Source: Lama glama (taxonomy: Eukaryota). Taken from it: DNA of 64,000 nt. Under the pieces are notes generated by a model. The model searched no databases, had not been told where the DNA came from, and saw only the letters and a list, made by a program, of their open reading frames with translations. Numbering within the stretch: the first letter of the stretch is position 1; each line of letters begins with the position of its first letter. This document shows positions 49,270-59,880 of the stretch, in pieces. The position numbers and the translations under genes were made by a program. The stretch is taken from contig CM052817.1 in assembly GCA_028534125.1 (NCBI GenBank), positions 41,108,001 through 41,172,000 of the forward strand. The letters are read 5' to 3'.

Positions 49270-49790
49270 CAGGTTTCCATTTGTGACACTGGCCCAGCTG
49301 AGATTAAAGGGGCTTTGAGTGGGTTCCAGAAGTCTCGTGAGGATACAAAGCCTAGGAGTCAGTTCAGAGAGCTCTCTTGGAAGTTGTATCTGGAAAATCA
49401 TGGAGCATAAGGCTTCTTTTTCAGGCTACTAGGTTTTCCCTGGCGGGCCATCTCCCTGCATGCCTGTGCCCTACTTCTCTCCCACGCCAACCCCCTCTCC
49501 TTAAACATAGCTTTTTCGTTATCTCATAATGTCAGCTTGCACATAGTTCAAAATATTTTTGTTAGCTTCTTTTATGTCTCATGTGTGTTCATCTCGTCTT
49601 CATTACTCACTGGCTTCACCTTTCATCCTCCCAATTCCAAATTCCTACACTGACTGGCTCAGCTTGGCTTTCTGAGCCATACCGCAACTCATGGGTCTTG
49701 AGTCAGTCGAAGAATGGGCCACCCTTGAGTCTGGTGACCAGACAGATCAGCTCCCTTTATGCTTAAGGCGTAAGAGTCCCAGGTGAGACG
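49270..49790 (-). mobile_element. Degenerate MaLR LTR within L1ME remnants (~49135-49960)
   Basis: 'ccaattccaaattcc...tgactggctcagcttgg', 'ggccacccttgagtctggtg'. L1 motifs 'tattcatactatgaaatattacttagccattaaaa' and 'taacagcagttatctctgggcagtg' on each side. Confidence 0.45.
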
Positions 49791-50959
49791 CATCATACGT
49801 GTACCTAGTATTCAAATGCTGTGTAGAAATACGTACGGATAGAAAGTAGAATTAGGGGAATAAACCAAACTATTAACAGCAGTTATCTCTGGGCAGTGAT
49901 ATTACAGAGATCTCTTTTTCTTCATTTTGTTTAACTTTTCTTCAGTGAACACAAATCATTTTATAATTACAAACCTAAAAAACTTCAAAATACTAAAAAT
50001 TTTTTTGAAACAATGACCTTAGAGAAAAAAGATTTCAAGAGAATTGAATTCAACACCATTTCAATCAACAGGCACATGTAACTAAGTGACTTACCCGGAG
50101 TCACAGAGCAAGGGAGTGGCTAAGCTCTGAGTTCCCTGATTTATTCCTGAATGACCTCAGCCACACACGGTACTGCCTCATCTGAACCAAGCAAGATTAA
50201 TGCCCCTGATTGCAAGTCAGAGCCTGTGGGTAGCGGATCTCTGAGTGTGAGATCTAACTGTAAAGCTTGCTCCCAATCTTTAGGACTTGAGCAAATTTGT
50301 TTAAATAATACCCGGTTGACTTGAAACAGAACCACACCCCCCAGGTTTCATTAAACCATCACTTTGCTACGGGCTATATTTTGCTAAGGACTTCTACTTA
50401 CACACTCCAAATTTTCAGCTCTGCTTTTCGTTAAAATAATATCAGCAGTAGAGAAGCAAAGGAGGAATTAGGGAATTTCCAGACACGAAGTACACTTTCC
50501 CTCCATGCTGGTGTCTGTCTCTCTACTCTGGTGGTTTTGGCTTCCTTCCCCAGTGTATTTCTTCTTGATGCCTTAGCATGATCTCTTAAGAAGAGAATAA
50601 AGTCTTTTGGGGTGAGAGTGAAGTAGATGCTGGGAGGGACATAAAATCAGATCTAAGCCAAAAAAAGAAAAGGAGAGAAAAGTTAGACGTCTCTTAAGGT
50701 TTCATTCAAAAACAGAACTTCAAGCTGAAATAAAATACCATGCCTGGCAGGAAAAGGTTCCCACACAGTTTGAAATTGGCTCCTGCTTAACCTAAAGGAA
50801 ACAAGAGTCCTAAGGGATTTAGTCAGTTCTGGGCATCAAAATGCTCAGAGATAATCCCAGCTCTAAAGCACTTCCAGTGGGCTTTACAGTGTGTGAATTC
50901 CCCCTGCAGTGAGCCTCAGAGAAGCTCGAGATATGACTCAGGTAGAAGCCCCTGGACCA

Positions 50960-51690
50960 TTTAGTGTTTATTTCTCTGTTGGCTGAGAAGAGGATGAGCT
51001 AATTTGACAAATGTCAAATGAATGACGGACTCAAGATTCGAAAAGTCTCAATAGTCTATAATGGTAGCTTGAAACATTATTCTGCCAAAAATGAAATGAA
51101 AAACATTAATGTATAAATAAAAAATTCTAAACTCAGAAACAAAAATGAACCATACAAATAAAAGATAGGCCAATGTTGCCTAATAGAAGTTGACATGAAA
51201 GCATCTTTGTGGTGTTGGTTTCAAGTTTAATGTGAGTCAAGCATGCTTAAGACAATGAATGTAGAAAAGCATGTCCAAAATGATTTTTCTTTAGGTTTTA
51301 GTATTTTAGGTTAGAAAAATAGCACAAGCAGACAGGAATGTGCCCAAAGTAAACAGGAGGTCTGCAAACCAGGCCTTAAGGAATCAGGAATATTTACTTG
51401 AATAAGGATACTCAGTTTGGGGGAGGGAAGAGGAGGAATATATTATAATGATTTTCCAATCCTTGAAGGATCATCATGGAGTTAGAAGAGATCTTTGATA
51501 AAAGACCAAAGGGTTGAAGGCAAAATTCAGTTCAAAATGAGAAAGGTCTCTATAATGATTAGAGCTACCCCCCAGCTGGAATGAGCTGCCTTGGGAGGGA
51601 CTGTGTTCTCTGTCATTAGAAGAGTTTAAGCCGAGGCTAAAGAATGTACTAGTTGATGGTGGGGGTTCTCCTAAGACTGTATGAATCTGT
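50960..51690 (+). mobile_element. L3/CR1 3' portion
   Basis: 'caagtttaatgtgagtcaa', 'tagagctacc..cagctggaatgagctgccttgggaggg..gtgttctctgtcattagaagagtttaagccgaggct'. Confidence 0.7.
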
Positions 51691-53554
51691 GTTTTAAAGC
51701 TTAGTCATTTAAATTATTTTTTCTTTCTATATTGTCCTCTGCATTAACTTAGTGGTATCACTGTCCTTGTTATTTCAAGGTAGACCTTGAGAAAATTAGG
51801 ATATTAAAATGACTTACCAGCAAAAGAGTCAAGGTTGCCCCCTGCATTCCTTAAGGAATGAGTTTGCTTATACTTGTAGGGGTGCTGTGAAACCTCTACA
51901 GTATTTATATATAATTCTCTCCACCAGCGTTTATTGCACATCTGTCACGTGCTAGGCAGGCACTGTGCCAGGGTCCAGGATACAAACATGAAAAAAACAC
52001 AGTTCCACAGCACGCACTTATATTTGGGGTTATAATGCATATAAATGTGCAGGGTATGACATTCTTAATGCTCAAATGAACTTCTGTTTTAAATTTTCTT
52101 TCTTTAATGCTTCCCCATTTTGCTAGATGCTTTAATGTTCTTAGATAAAAGTTGTTCAGAGATACTTCGGTGACCCACCTGTAATGTAGTAACTTTCAGT
52201 TGAAACCTTTCAATGTATGCAAGTTAAGAATATGGCTTTATTACATCCTATTTAAGTGAAATGGAAAACAAGTAAGTGTGTGTTTAGCACAAGCATCGTC
52301 CTCTACGTTGCTGTCTTAGAATACCAAGCAGGTTTATACCTCAGTACTTATACCTAAGATATCTTCTTACCTTATAAGTCAAGCTGGTGAAATTCAATTC
52401 TGAAGAAATCTCCAATAATTAGAGGCCCTATGATCTGGAGTATTCCACAGTTAATGTGTGAGCAGATGTTGGCCTGCATAAAGCATTAAGATCAAAAAAA
52501 GAGTTAAATAGGTTAATTTTGCAAAAGTCTTCAGTGATATCCAACCAGTTCTTTGGACTTCTGCTTAGATAAGAGGCAACTGCAAATTAAATTCCAGAGT
52601 TATTTGTTTCTTGACTGCTTTGCAACTAGCAGCTTTCTTTGTGTTTTGTATAAATTGAATCAAGTCTTTAAAAAAAAAAGCAGCCTCTGAAGTTGCATTC
52701 AATTTGTTAAAACCACCACAAACCATCTGTGTGTGCAGGTGAGGAGGATGGGGGAGGGGATCCTTGACCAAGCCTGTACTGCTGCTTTTCGGGCTGAAAT
52801 GTGATCTTTTTCAACAGAAGAAAAGGCAGATTAATTCCCCAATGGGGAACAGCCAGGCTGCTTACCAAGCTGATCCCTCTTCGTCATTGCTTATTGCTTA
52901 GGCTTGGCTGTCTAATAAATCTCTATTCTGAGGATCCAAGCATAAGAGTCATGTTCTTAGAAAGATTCATATCCGCTTCTCAATATCCATCTCCTTAAAC
53001 AGACAGGACAGCACAGTTGAGTGTAGATAACTTTACTTCAGAATGTCCAACAACTATTTTAAAGCAATAATGATAACCTATGACTGTTTTTGTTTTAAGA
53101 TGTGTCAGCACTGAAACAGAGTCACTGGTGTTGAGACCTACTCTCCGTCAGGAAAGGTACAATTGTAGGAAATCAGCTGGAGCAAAGTAATTACACTGAA
53201 CCACACATCACTGCATTATATGATACCCACCACTTTTGCTTAGTTAATGCAATCTAATGAAATGCAGGTAGGAGCCCTTTTGTGTCTGTATATGTTAGTG
53301 GGAACAGAAGTATCAGGTGTCTTCAGCAGCTGCTGGGATCGAGAATCACTGATCTGTGTCTTTCCAGTCCTGGTGATCCTTAGGTGGGGGGCTGAAATAG
53401 CCATGCCTGGTGACTTGAGAGGAGTTCTTTCTAATAATACTTTTTCCTGGTGACCCTGGAAAAAGCATCTTCATAGTCCTCCCTGCGGCCACACCTGAAC
53501 CCTGGCTCTTGTAGAAGACAAGCCTGTGATACCCAACAGTAGCGAGAACGCACA

Positions 53555-53615
53555 TTGTATGTTAATCTTATATCCTGGCACCTTGCTGAATTTATTAATC
53601 AGTTCTAGTAGTTTC
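53555..53615 (-). mobile_element. Short internal L1 ORF2 fragment
   Basis: 'tgtatgttaatcttatatcctggcaccttgctgaatttattaatcagttctagtagttt'. Confidence 0.7.
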
Positions 53616-56086
53616 TGAAGAACTCACATTGATCTGCTCATGGTTCCTTGAAATACTTAACAGTTATGTCAGAAATGAGCAGAGAGTAAGAGCAGGTTCA
53701 AAAGGATCCATTACTTGTATTTGTTTAATAAATTTTCATCTAAGGCAAGACAGAGAGGGACCACATAAATAAGTCTTCAAGACTGACTTGTCTCTTTCAG
53801 TGTGTGATGAAATATGTTCAGTCCCGGTATCCTTAGCAAGCTGTTCATCCTTGCAGCATACTTTCATGACTGTATCATACAGCATAGTATCATCAACGGG
53901 AGTAAGTTTCCACACCACACGTTTCTGAAGGCCAACTGAGAGAACTACAGGATTAATTGACAGAAATTCCCAAGTGTTAGTCCCATATGTACAGGATTGT
54001 AACTGCTAATGTTAAGGATGGAGCAAGAAACACTGATGCCATTTTGCATCATAATTAAGAAAGTTCTACAGTCCTATAAATCAGTATAGATTCCTAATGA
54101 TTCTTAATCACTTTCTATGGCTTTACTATAGCCCTGTACTTTTACATTTTTCTCAAATTCTACTTCAGACCATTGATTCTGGACAAAACTTTTTCTTACT
54201 TTTAATATTTTTCAGATGTCCTGCATATAGCATAGCCAAGATAAAACATGCATGTCTCAGGAATTAAAAGTGTTCACAAGCCATCCATATAAATACCTTG
54301 CTCACAAATGAGATGAATTCTAGGGAGGAAGTCATGCTATTATGTCAGGAGCCTCTGACTGCTCTCATCTCCCAGTTTGACAGGAATCAGTCTGAACTCC
54401 TATAAATTATATGTACATTCTTACTCTAATAATGAGGTGAACCAGGGAAGCTATCAAACATCAAAATATCAACCAGAGCTGGCATACAATAAATTAAGGT
54501 CCCCTTTTACAAATGTTTCAAGATCTCAGCATTGGTATGATAGCTCTTCCAACTTCAATAAAGTGTTTAACCAAAGACGCCCATTTAGCATCCTTGATGA
54601 TGAATCTAAGTAGGACATTGAAAATAGCCTAAGAAAAAGGCAGCATCCATGACACTGTATTAAAATACACAAATGAATTAATAACTATTATTGATGGTGT
54701 TACCACCAAACTCAGACCAACTAAGGCCCCGGGCCAATGAGAGCCAAAGGGCTGTTGCATTAGGGCTGCTCTTCATCCCTGCTCATTGGTGAGTGGGGCC
54801 TGGAATCGATGTTTCCTCTACATCTTTGGTTGAACCTCTACTGGCTTTGTGAACATCAAGCCTCTTAAAGTTTCTGAGCATGGCAGGTCTGAGTGTCTGG
54901 CCCGTTTTCTAGGTCCCTGGTGCCTAGTTACTGCCTTTAATTCTTTAGCTCTGGATAACTTTCTTACCCAGTTTCTGTATGGCCACTTTCCATTGGACAG
55001 GACCTCGTTTCTTGCCTCCCTTACTGGTCTCATCGTGGGCTTCCAAGGTTAACTGAGTATTCATACCATGGCCCCCCAGAGCCAAATACTGTGAAACCCA
55101 GGCTAGATAACTTCCTGCCACCCCTCAGATCTGTCTTCTCTTTGACCACTGAATCTGACCCAGATTGGATAAGGGTTCCTCACCCTCCCTCAACACTTGT
55201 TTTTATCTAGCAATCCTTCCCAGCTTTTCCAGGGACCCTGACTTGGCACTGGATTTGTCTTTTCTCCCAGGCAAAAGCTTCTATCACTGCATGGCCTCGG
55301 CTAATCCATGTATGAGACCTCATAGTATATGGCACAACCCAAATTAAAGGGAGTGTTCCAAGAACATCAGTGATCTAAGACATTTCAGATATTCTCAGAG
55401 GTGAGAGACTGCAGAAGGTAGCCACTAACATTCAAGTTGCAGATTCAAGGGTGTGGCAAGCTTAAGAAAACTGCCTTTCAAAGCCCATTAAATTGTAAAC
55501 TAGGAGTGTGTTTTTGAAGTCTCATCAAGTGGAATTAGTTGATCTTTATTTTTCTCTAATATTAAAATATGTGAATTGGATATATTCAGCTGGTATAGAG
55601 CAATAGATCTCAAAAAATTTAGTAATAGCTATTAAATGACTTTATTGTTATGAGAGTCAGATGGTTTTGATTCTAGTTATAGTATATCAATAATCAGAAA
55701 AATGATTTATCCCAAGGTTCTTTACTGAATTTGAGAGACTCTGTAACCACAATCAACATTACTGAAATCACAACATGAACATACAAAATGGCTTTTTCAC
55801 AGAAGAGCTTCCACTTAACCTTTTGAGGGGCCCAGGAAAACCTCTCAGAAAGGGAAGCAGTTCACAAAGAGAATGAATGGTCAATTCAATCATCAGAAAA
55901 GACCAACTGTACAAAGTAGCCAACATATATACCTGGCTATTACCCAGGGAAATTGGAGATAACAAGTAGAATTGTGCTATTACATTTGAACACCACCAAT
56001 TCACTACTTCATTTGAATATTAGAAAAATATCTTTTGTTTGAAGAAATAATTGATGGCTGAGCTCTCGAGGTGGTATAATCTAAAA

Positions 56087-56272
56087 CAGTGGTCGTCAAT
56101 TGTTCCAATGCTTGAGAGTCACCTAAAGAGCACATTAAAAGGGCAGATGTCCAGGCCCCACTGAGACTGACTCTGGTTCAGTAGTTTGGGGGAGAGGCTC
56201 AGTAGTCTGCCGTCAAAATAAACACCCAGATGACTTTGATGCTGGTTCTGTGAAACACACTCTGAAAAGCCG
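56087..56272. mobile_element. hAT-Charlie MITE (MER5A-like)
   Basis: 'cagtggtcgtcaa...gagtcaccta..gagc..ttaaaa..gcagatgtccaggcccca...ttcagtag..tgggggagaggc...cccagatgactttgatgc...acacactctga'. Confidence 0.75.
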
Positions 56273-56279
56273 AGGAAAT

Positions 56280-56480
56280 AATATGGATTTTGAAACCAGA
56301 TAGAAGCCCTCAAATCCTAATTTAACCACTTATTTGTAGCCTGAGACAAATTATTGCACTCTCTGAGTCTGCGTCCTCATCTGTAAAATGAGGACATAAT
56401 ACTTTCACAGGATTGTTAACTATAGAATAAAATTTGTATAGGAGGCACACAGGGCATATACTGGATGCTCAATTAATGCT
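56280..56480 (+). mobile_element. MIR SINE
   Basis: 'ctctctgagtctgcgtcctcatctgtaaaatgagg..ataata...cacaggattgtt...tgctcaattaatg'. Confidence 0.75.
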
Positions 56481-57427
56481 TGTTTTCTACCTAAAGTCCT
56501 TGGTGGGTTTTATCAAAGATCTAATGATAAGTTGAGATTTTTGGAACTCTACATCTACTATTACTACATGATTATGTGATCTATTGCCCAAGCTGGAACA
56601 ATTTTGAGAATGATAGAAGACGCTATTAATAATTATGCTGAGACAGCAGGTATAAACGCAGCACTGCATAGTCACCCTAATTATTAGTAAGATAAAAGAA
56701 CACATAGTGACACCACCTACACCACCGTACTCCGTTCTACTCTACACTCTTAAACTGGGAGAGTTGGAGCTGATCTTTGCGTTATTTACTTGGGAAAAGC
56801 TTCTCAACCACTGTTGATAATCTCCTTGCAGTCAGAATCTGTCCTTAATGCATTTTTATTGTCTCCACAATACCTAGTATTAGTACTATGTACTGAATAT
56901 AGTAGGTTCCTCAGAAAATAATTTTGAATGCTTAAATGATTTAGTTTCTCTGTTAATCCAATTATTAAAAAAAACAAACACATTCTAAGTCAATTCCCAT
57001 TTTCTATTGTGTCTGAAAATTTCCAAAGAACCAAACTAACGAAGACCATAGCACAATTTTATTCAAATTCCTCTATTTTTCCCTTCTATGTAGAATATAC
57101 AGAATAAAACCCTCTCAGCCTGTGAATTTCAGAATGCAGGCCAACTGGCATCTTCATAAACCCAAGAGTGCCATTTTAACAACAGAAATGGTTGATCTTC
57201 TATTTTAATAGGATCTCATACTTGCTGTGAATATATACTTCAGTTGTCATGATGAAAGAGAAAACAAAGAACTTTTAGCTCTTTAATGCTCTTGAAGCTT
57301 AAATCATTTTGCAACTGGAATATTAATGAATATTGATCTGAGTTGATTTATACAAAAATTTGTATTAGCATAGGACTGAAAACAATCTAAATGTCCAACG
57401 AGGTGGGACTGGTTAAATAAGCGGTAA

Positions 57428-58874
57428 CAGCTGTTTGCAAAGTGTGATCCATTGACCCCTGGGATTGACTGTGAGATTAAAGCTGTTTTCTAAATAATAG
57501 TAAGACGTTATTTATCTTTTTCATTGTCTTGATGTTTGCACTGATAGTGCAAAAGTCATGATAGGCAAAATTTCAAGTTTCTTAGCATAAATTAGGATAG
57601 TGGCACCAAACCACGTTAATAGTCATTTTATTCTGTTCTATAGATGTCCATTTTTTTTAAAAAGCCAGTTTTACTTAAGAATGTCTTTGATGAAGCAGTA
57701 CAAATGACCCGTTTCATTAAATCTTAACCCTTTAGTACTTGTCTTTTAATTTTCTATGTGCAAAATGGGAAATGTGCGAAAAAAGCTCTGGTGCATTCAG
57801 AAGCCTGGGCGTTAGCACAGGAAAAGTACTTATGCAATTGTCTGAGTTGCAGATTGAGCTAAAACGAGACATTTTTACTTGAAAAACTGATTGCAAATGG
57901 TAGTTATTCAGATTTGGGTATTTGGCAGATACTTTCTTAAAAATAAGTGAGATGAACTCATCACTTCAGGGAAAAACAATAGACCACATTTCTTGCCAAT
58001 GGTAAAATTTGAGCTTTCAAGAGAAAATTAAGATTTTATTTTTTTTTCTCTTTTTTTCTTTTCTTTTATAAAGCCCCTAGGAACTTGACAGATTCTCAAT
58101 ATTTAAAGACTTCTGGGGAGATTGGTGGTGATGTTAATAAATATTATGTTATGATATGATATAATAAAACTGACCAACATTTGGGAGATCTGCATAACTC
58201 ACTGTATCCTATTTTTGAAATGATTAATATATGATGCTACAAAATCATATATAGATAAATGATCCATTCAAAGTATAAGACAGACCAATAGATTTTCATG
58301 CAACAAAGTAAAAAAAAGAAGTTTATTGCTGTAGTTTCATATTCCATATTGTGACTAACCTTTAAGAAAACTACCACTTTGTTGAGTTTTAGTGCACTCA
58401 GAAAAGAATATTCACAATTTGCATATTTGCATATCTGAAAAGATTGAAAATACTCCTCCCTTTTCCCGCTACATATCTATGTGAGAGGCCAGACTTTCTT
58501 CATGTACTTCAACCAGAACAACATTGTGGAACAGATTGAATGCAAAAGCAAACACGAGAATCCATTTGTCTTCAATTAGGACAGACATTAAAGAGATCTA
58601 CCAAATTATAAAACAATGCCACATTTTTCACATGAAGTCTGGAGAATATAGTTAATTTTTACAAAAAGCATTTATGTTATTATGCAGTGGGCTCACATTT
58701 AATTAATTAAATTAATATATATTTAAAATTTTTTCCCAGCATTAATTTGTATTACATGAACATTTATATATAATAAGTATTATATAAGCCTCAATATAAG
58801 AAGAAATCTTTGGACCCTTCTGTAATTTTGAAGAGTGTAAAAGTTCCAGAGATAAGAAATTTTGAGAATTGCTG
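57428..58874 (+). mobile_element. Charlie1a-like hAT DNA transposon fossil (~1.45 kb) inserted in an L1ME (~57345-59250)
   Basis: Degenerate terminal repeats CAGCTGTTTGCAAA / TTTGAGAATTGCTG. Transposase remnants LKNVFDEAV (~57675) and LKILLPFPATYLCE (58444-58485, hAT C-terminal dimerisation motif). L1 text 'ggactggttaaataa | ttatggtgtatt' rejoins across it. Confidence 0.9.
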
Positions 58875-59594
58875 AGTTATGGTGTATTAATAAAATGGAG
58901 TTCTTTACAACAATGGAAAAGAATGAAAGTGTTTATTGGAATTCACTCCATTATATATTGTTAAGCAAATGAAGTGAGTTGCATTACATTATGTATAATA
59001 TGTTTCCATTTGTGTAAAACTGGGGGACTGAAGATGTATAAGAATATAGCTACATATACATACATATGCACATTATTATTTGTGAATGGAGATTTCTTGT
59101 ATATCCTAAACCAGTTGCATCTGGGAAAGTGACCTGGGGTTTGAGTAGATGGGAGAATAACTTTCATGGTATATATATCCTTTTGTATTTAAAAAAATTT
59201 TTTTACAATGAACTCATGCTATTAACAAAGCTATTTAATGATTTTTAAAAAAACAAAAATCATACAAAGAAGTGACAAACTATCCAATATTAGACAAAAA
59301 TACTCAACAGAACAAACTCAGTAGAAGACCCTAGACATAGTAACACTGAGTTGGCCAACCTTGGCTAATTAATTGTCTATTAAAAGAAATGTCTTCTTTT
59401 GAGTTCACAGTTTCAAATTTTAACTTCAACCATAGCAAATAAGTACTTTTTGTCCTGTTTCTTATCTTTCTACAAATATTTATTTTTCATTATTGTTAAG
59501 CAATTCTATTGGCAGTGCTTATTTTTGTTAAAGTGGAATGGCAAAATTTCACCGGCAGGAAATGTCTTTTCTTCTCGCTAGATTCAGTTTATTG

Positions 59595-59880
59595 GAAGAG
59601 GGAAAGAAAGACAAACAGGACATGAAGGACAGAAAAGATAAGGAAGTGACCAGAAAGAATAAGGGAAAGGATTAAGAGGAGGAAGGGAATGGACGGCCCT
59701 GAGATGGGAATGAGGGACGGAAAGTGAACTGGGGAAAAGAGTTAAGAACAGCGTGGAAAGAAACCAGGAGACGAGGAGGCAGAATTAGTACAAGGTCAGA
59801 GAGCAAGTGCTTAGAGATAAGAGGACACAGTAAAGAAAAATAGAAATCCAAACAAAGGGAAGCTGAGTTGAAAACAAAAA
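59595..59880. repeat. Purine (GA)-rich low-complexity tract
   Basis: Strong A/G excess on the plus strand with no fixed period. Confidence 0.6.

Noticed and set aside
57420..58882. 8-bp TSD for the Charlie element
   Set aside because: The flanks AGCGGTAA and AGTTATGG do not match well enough to call.
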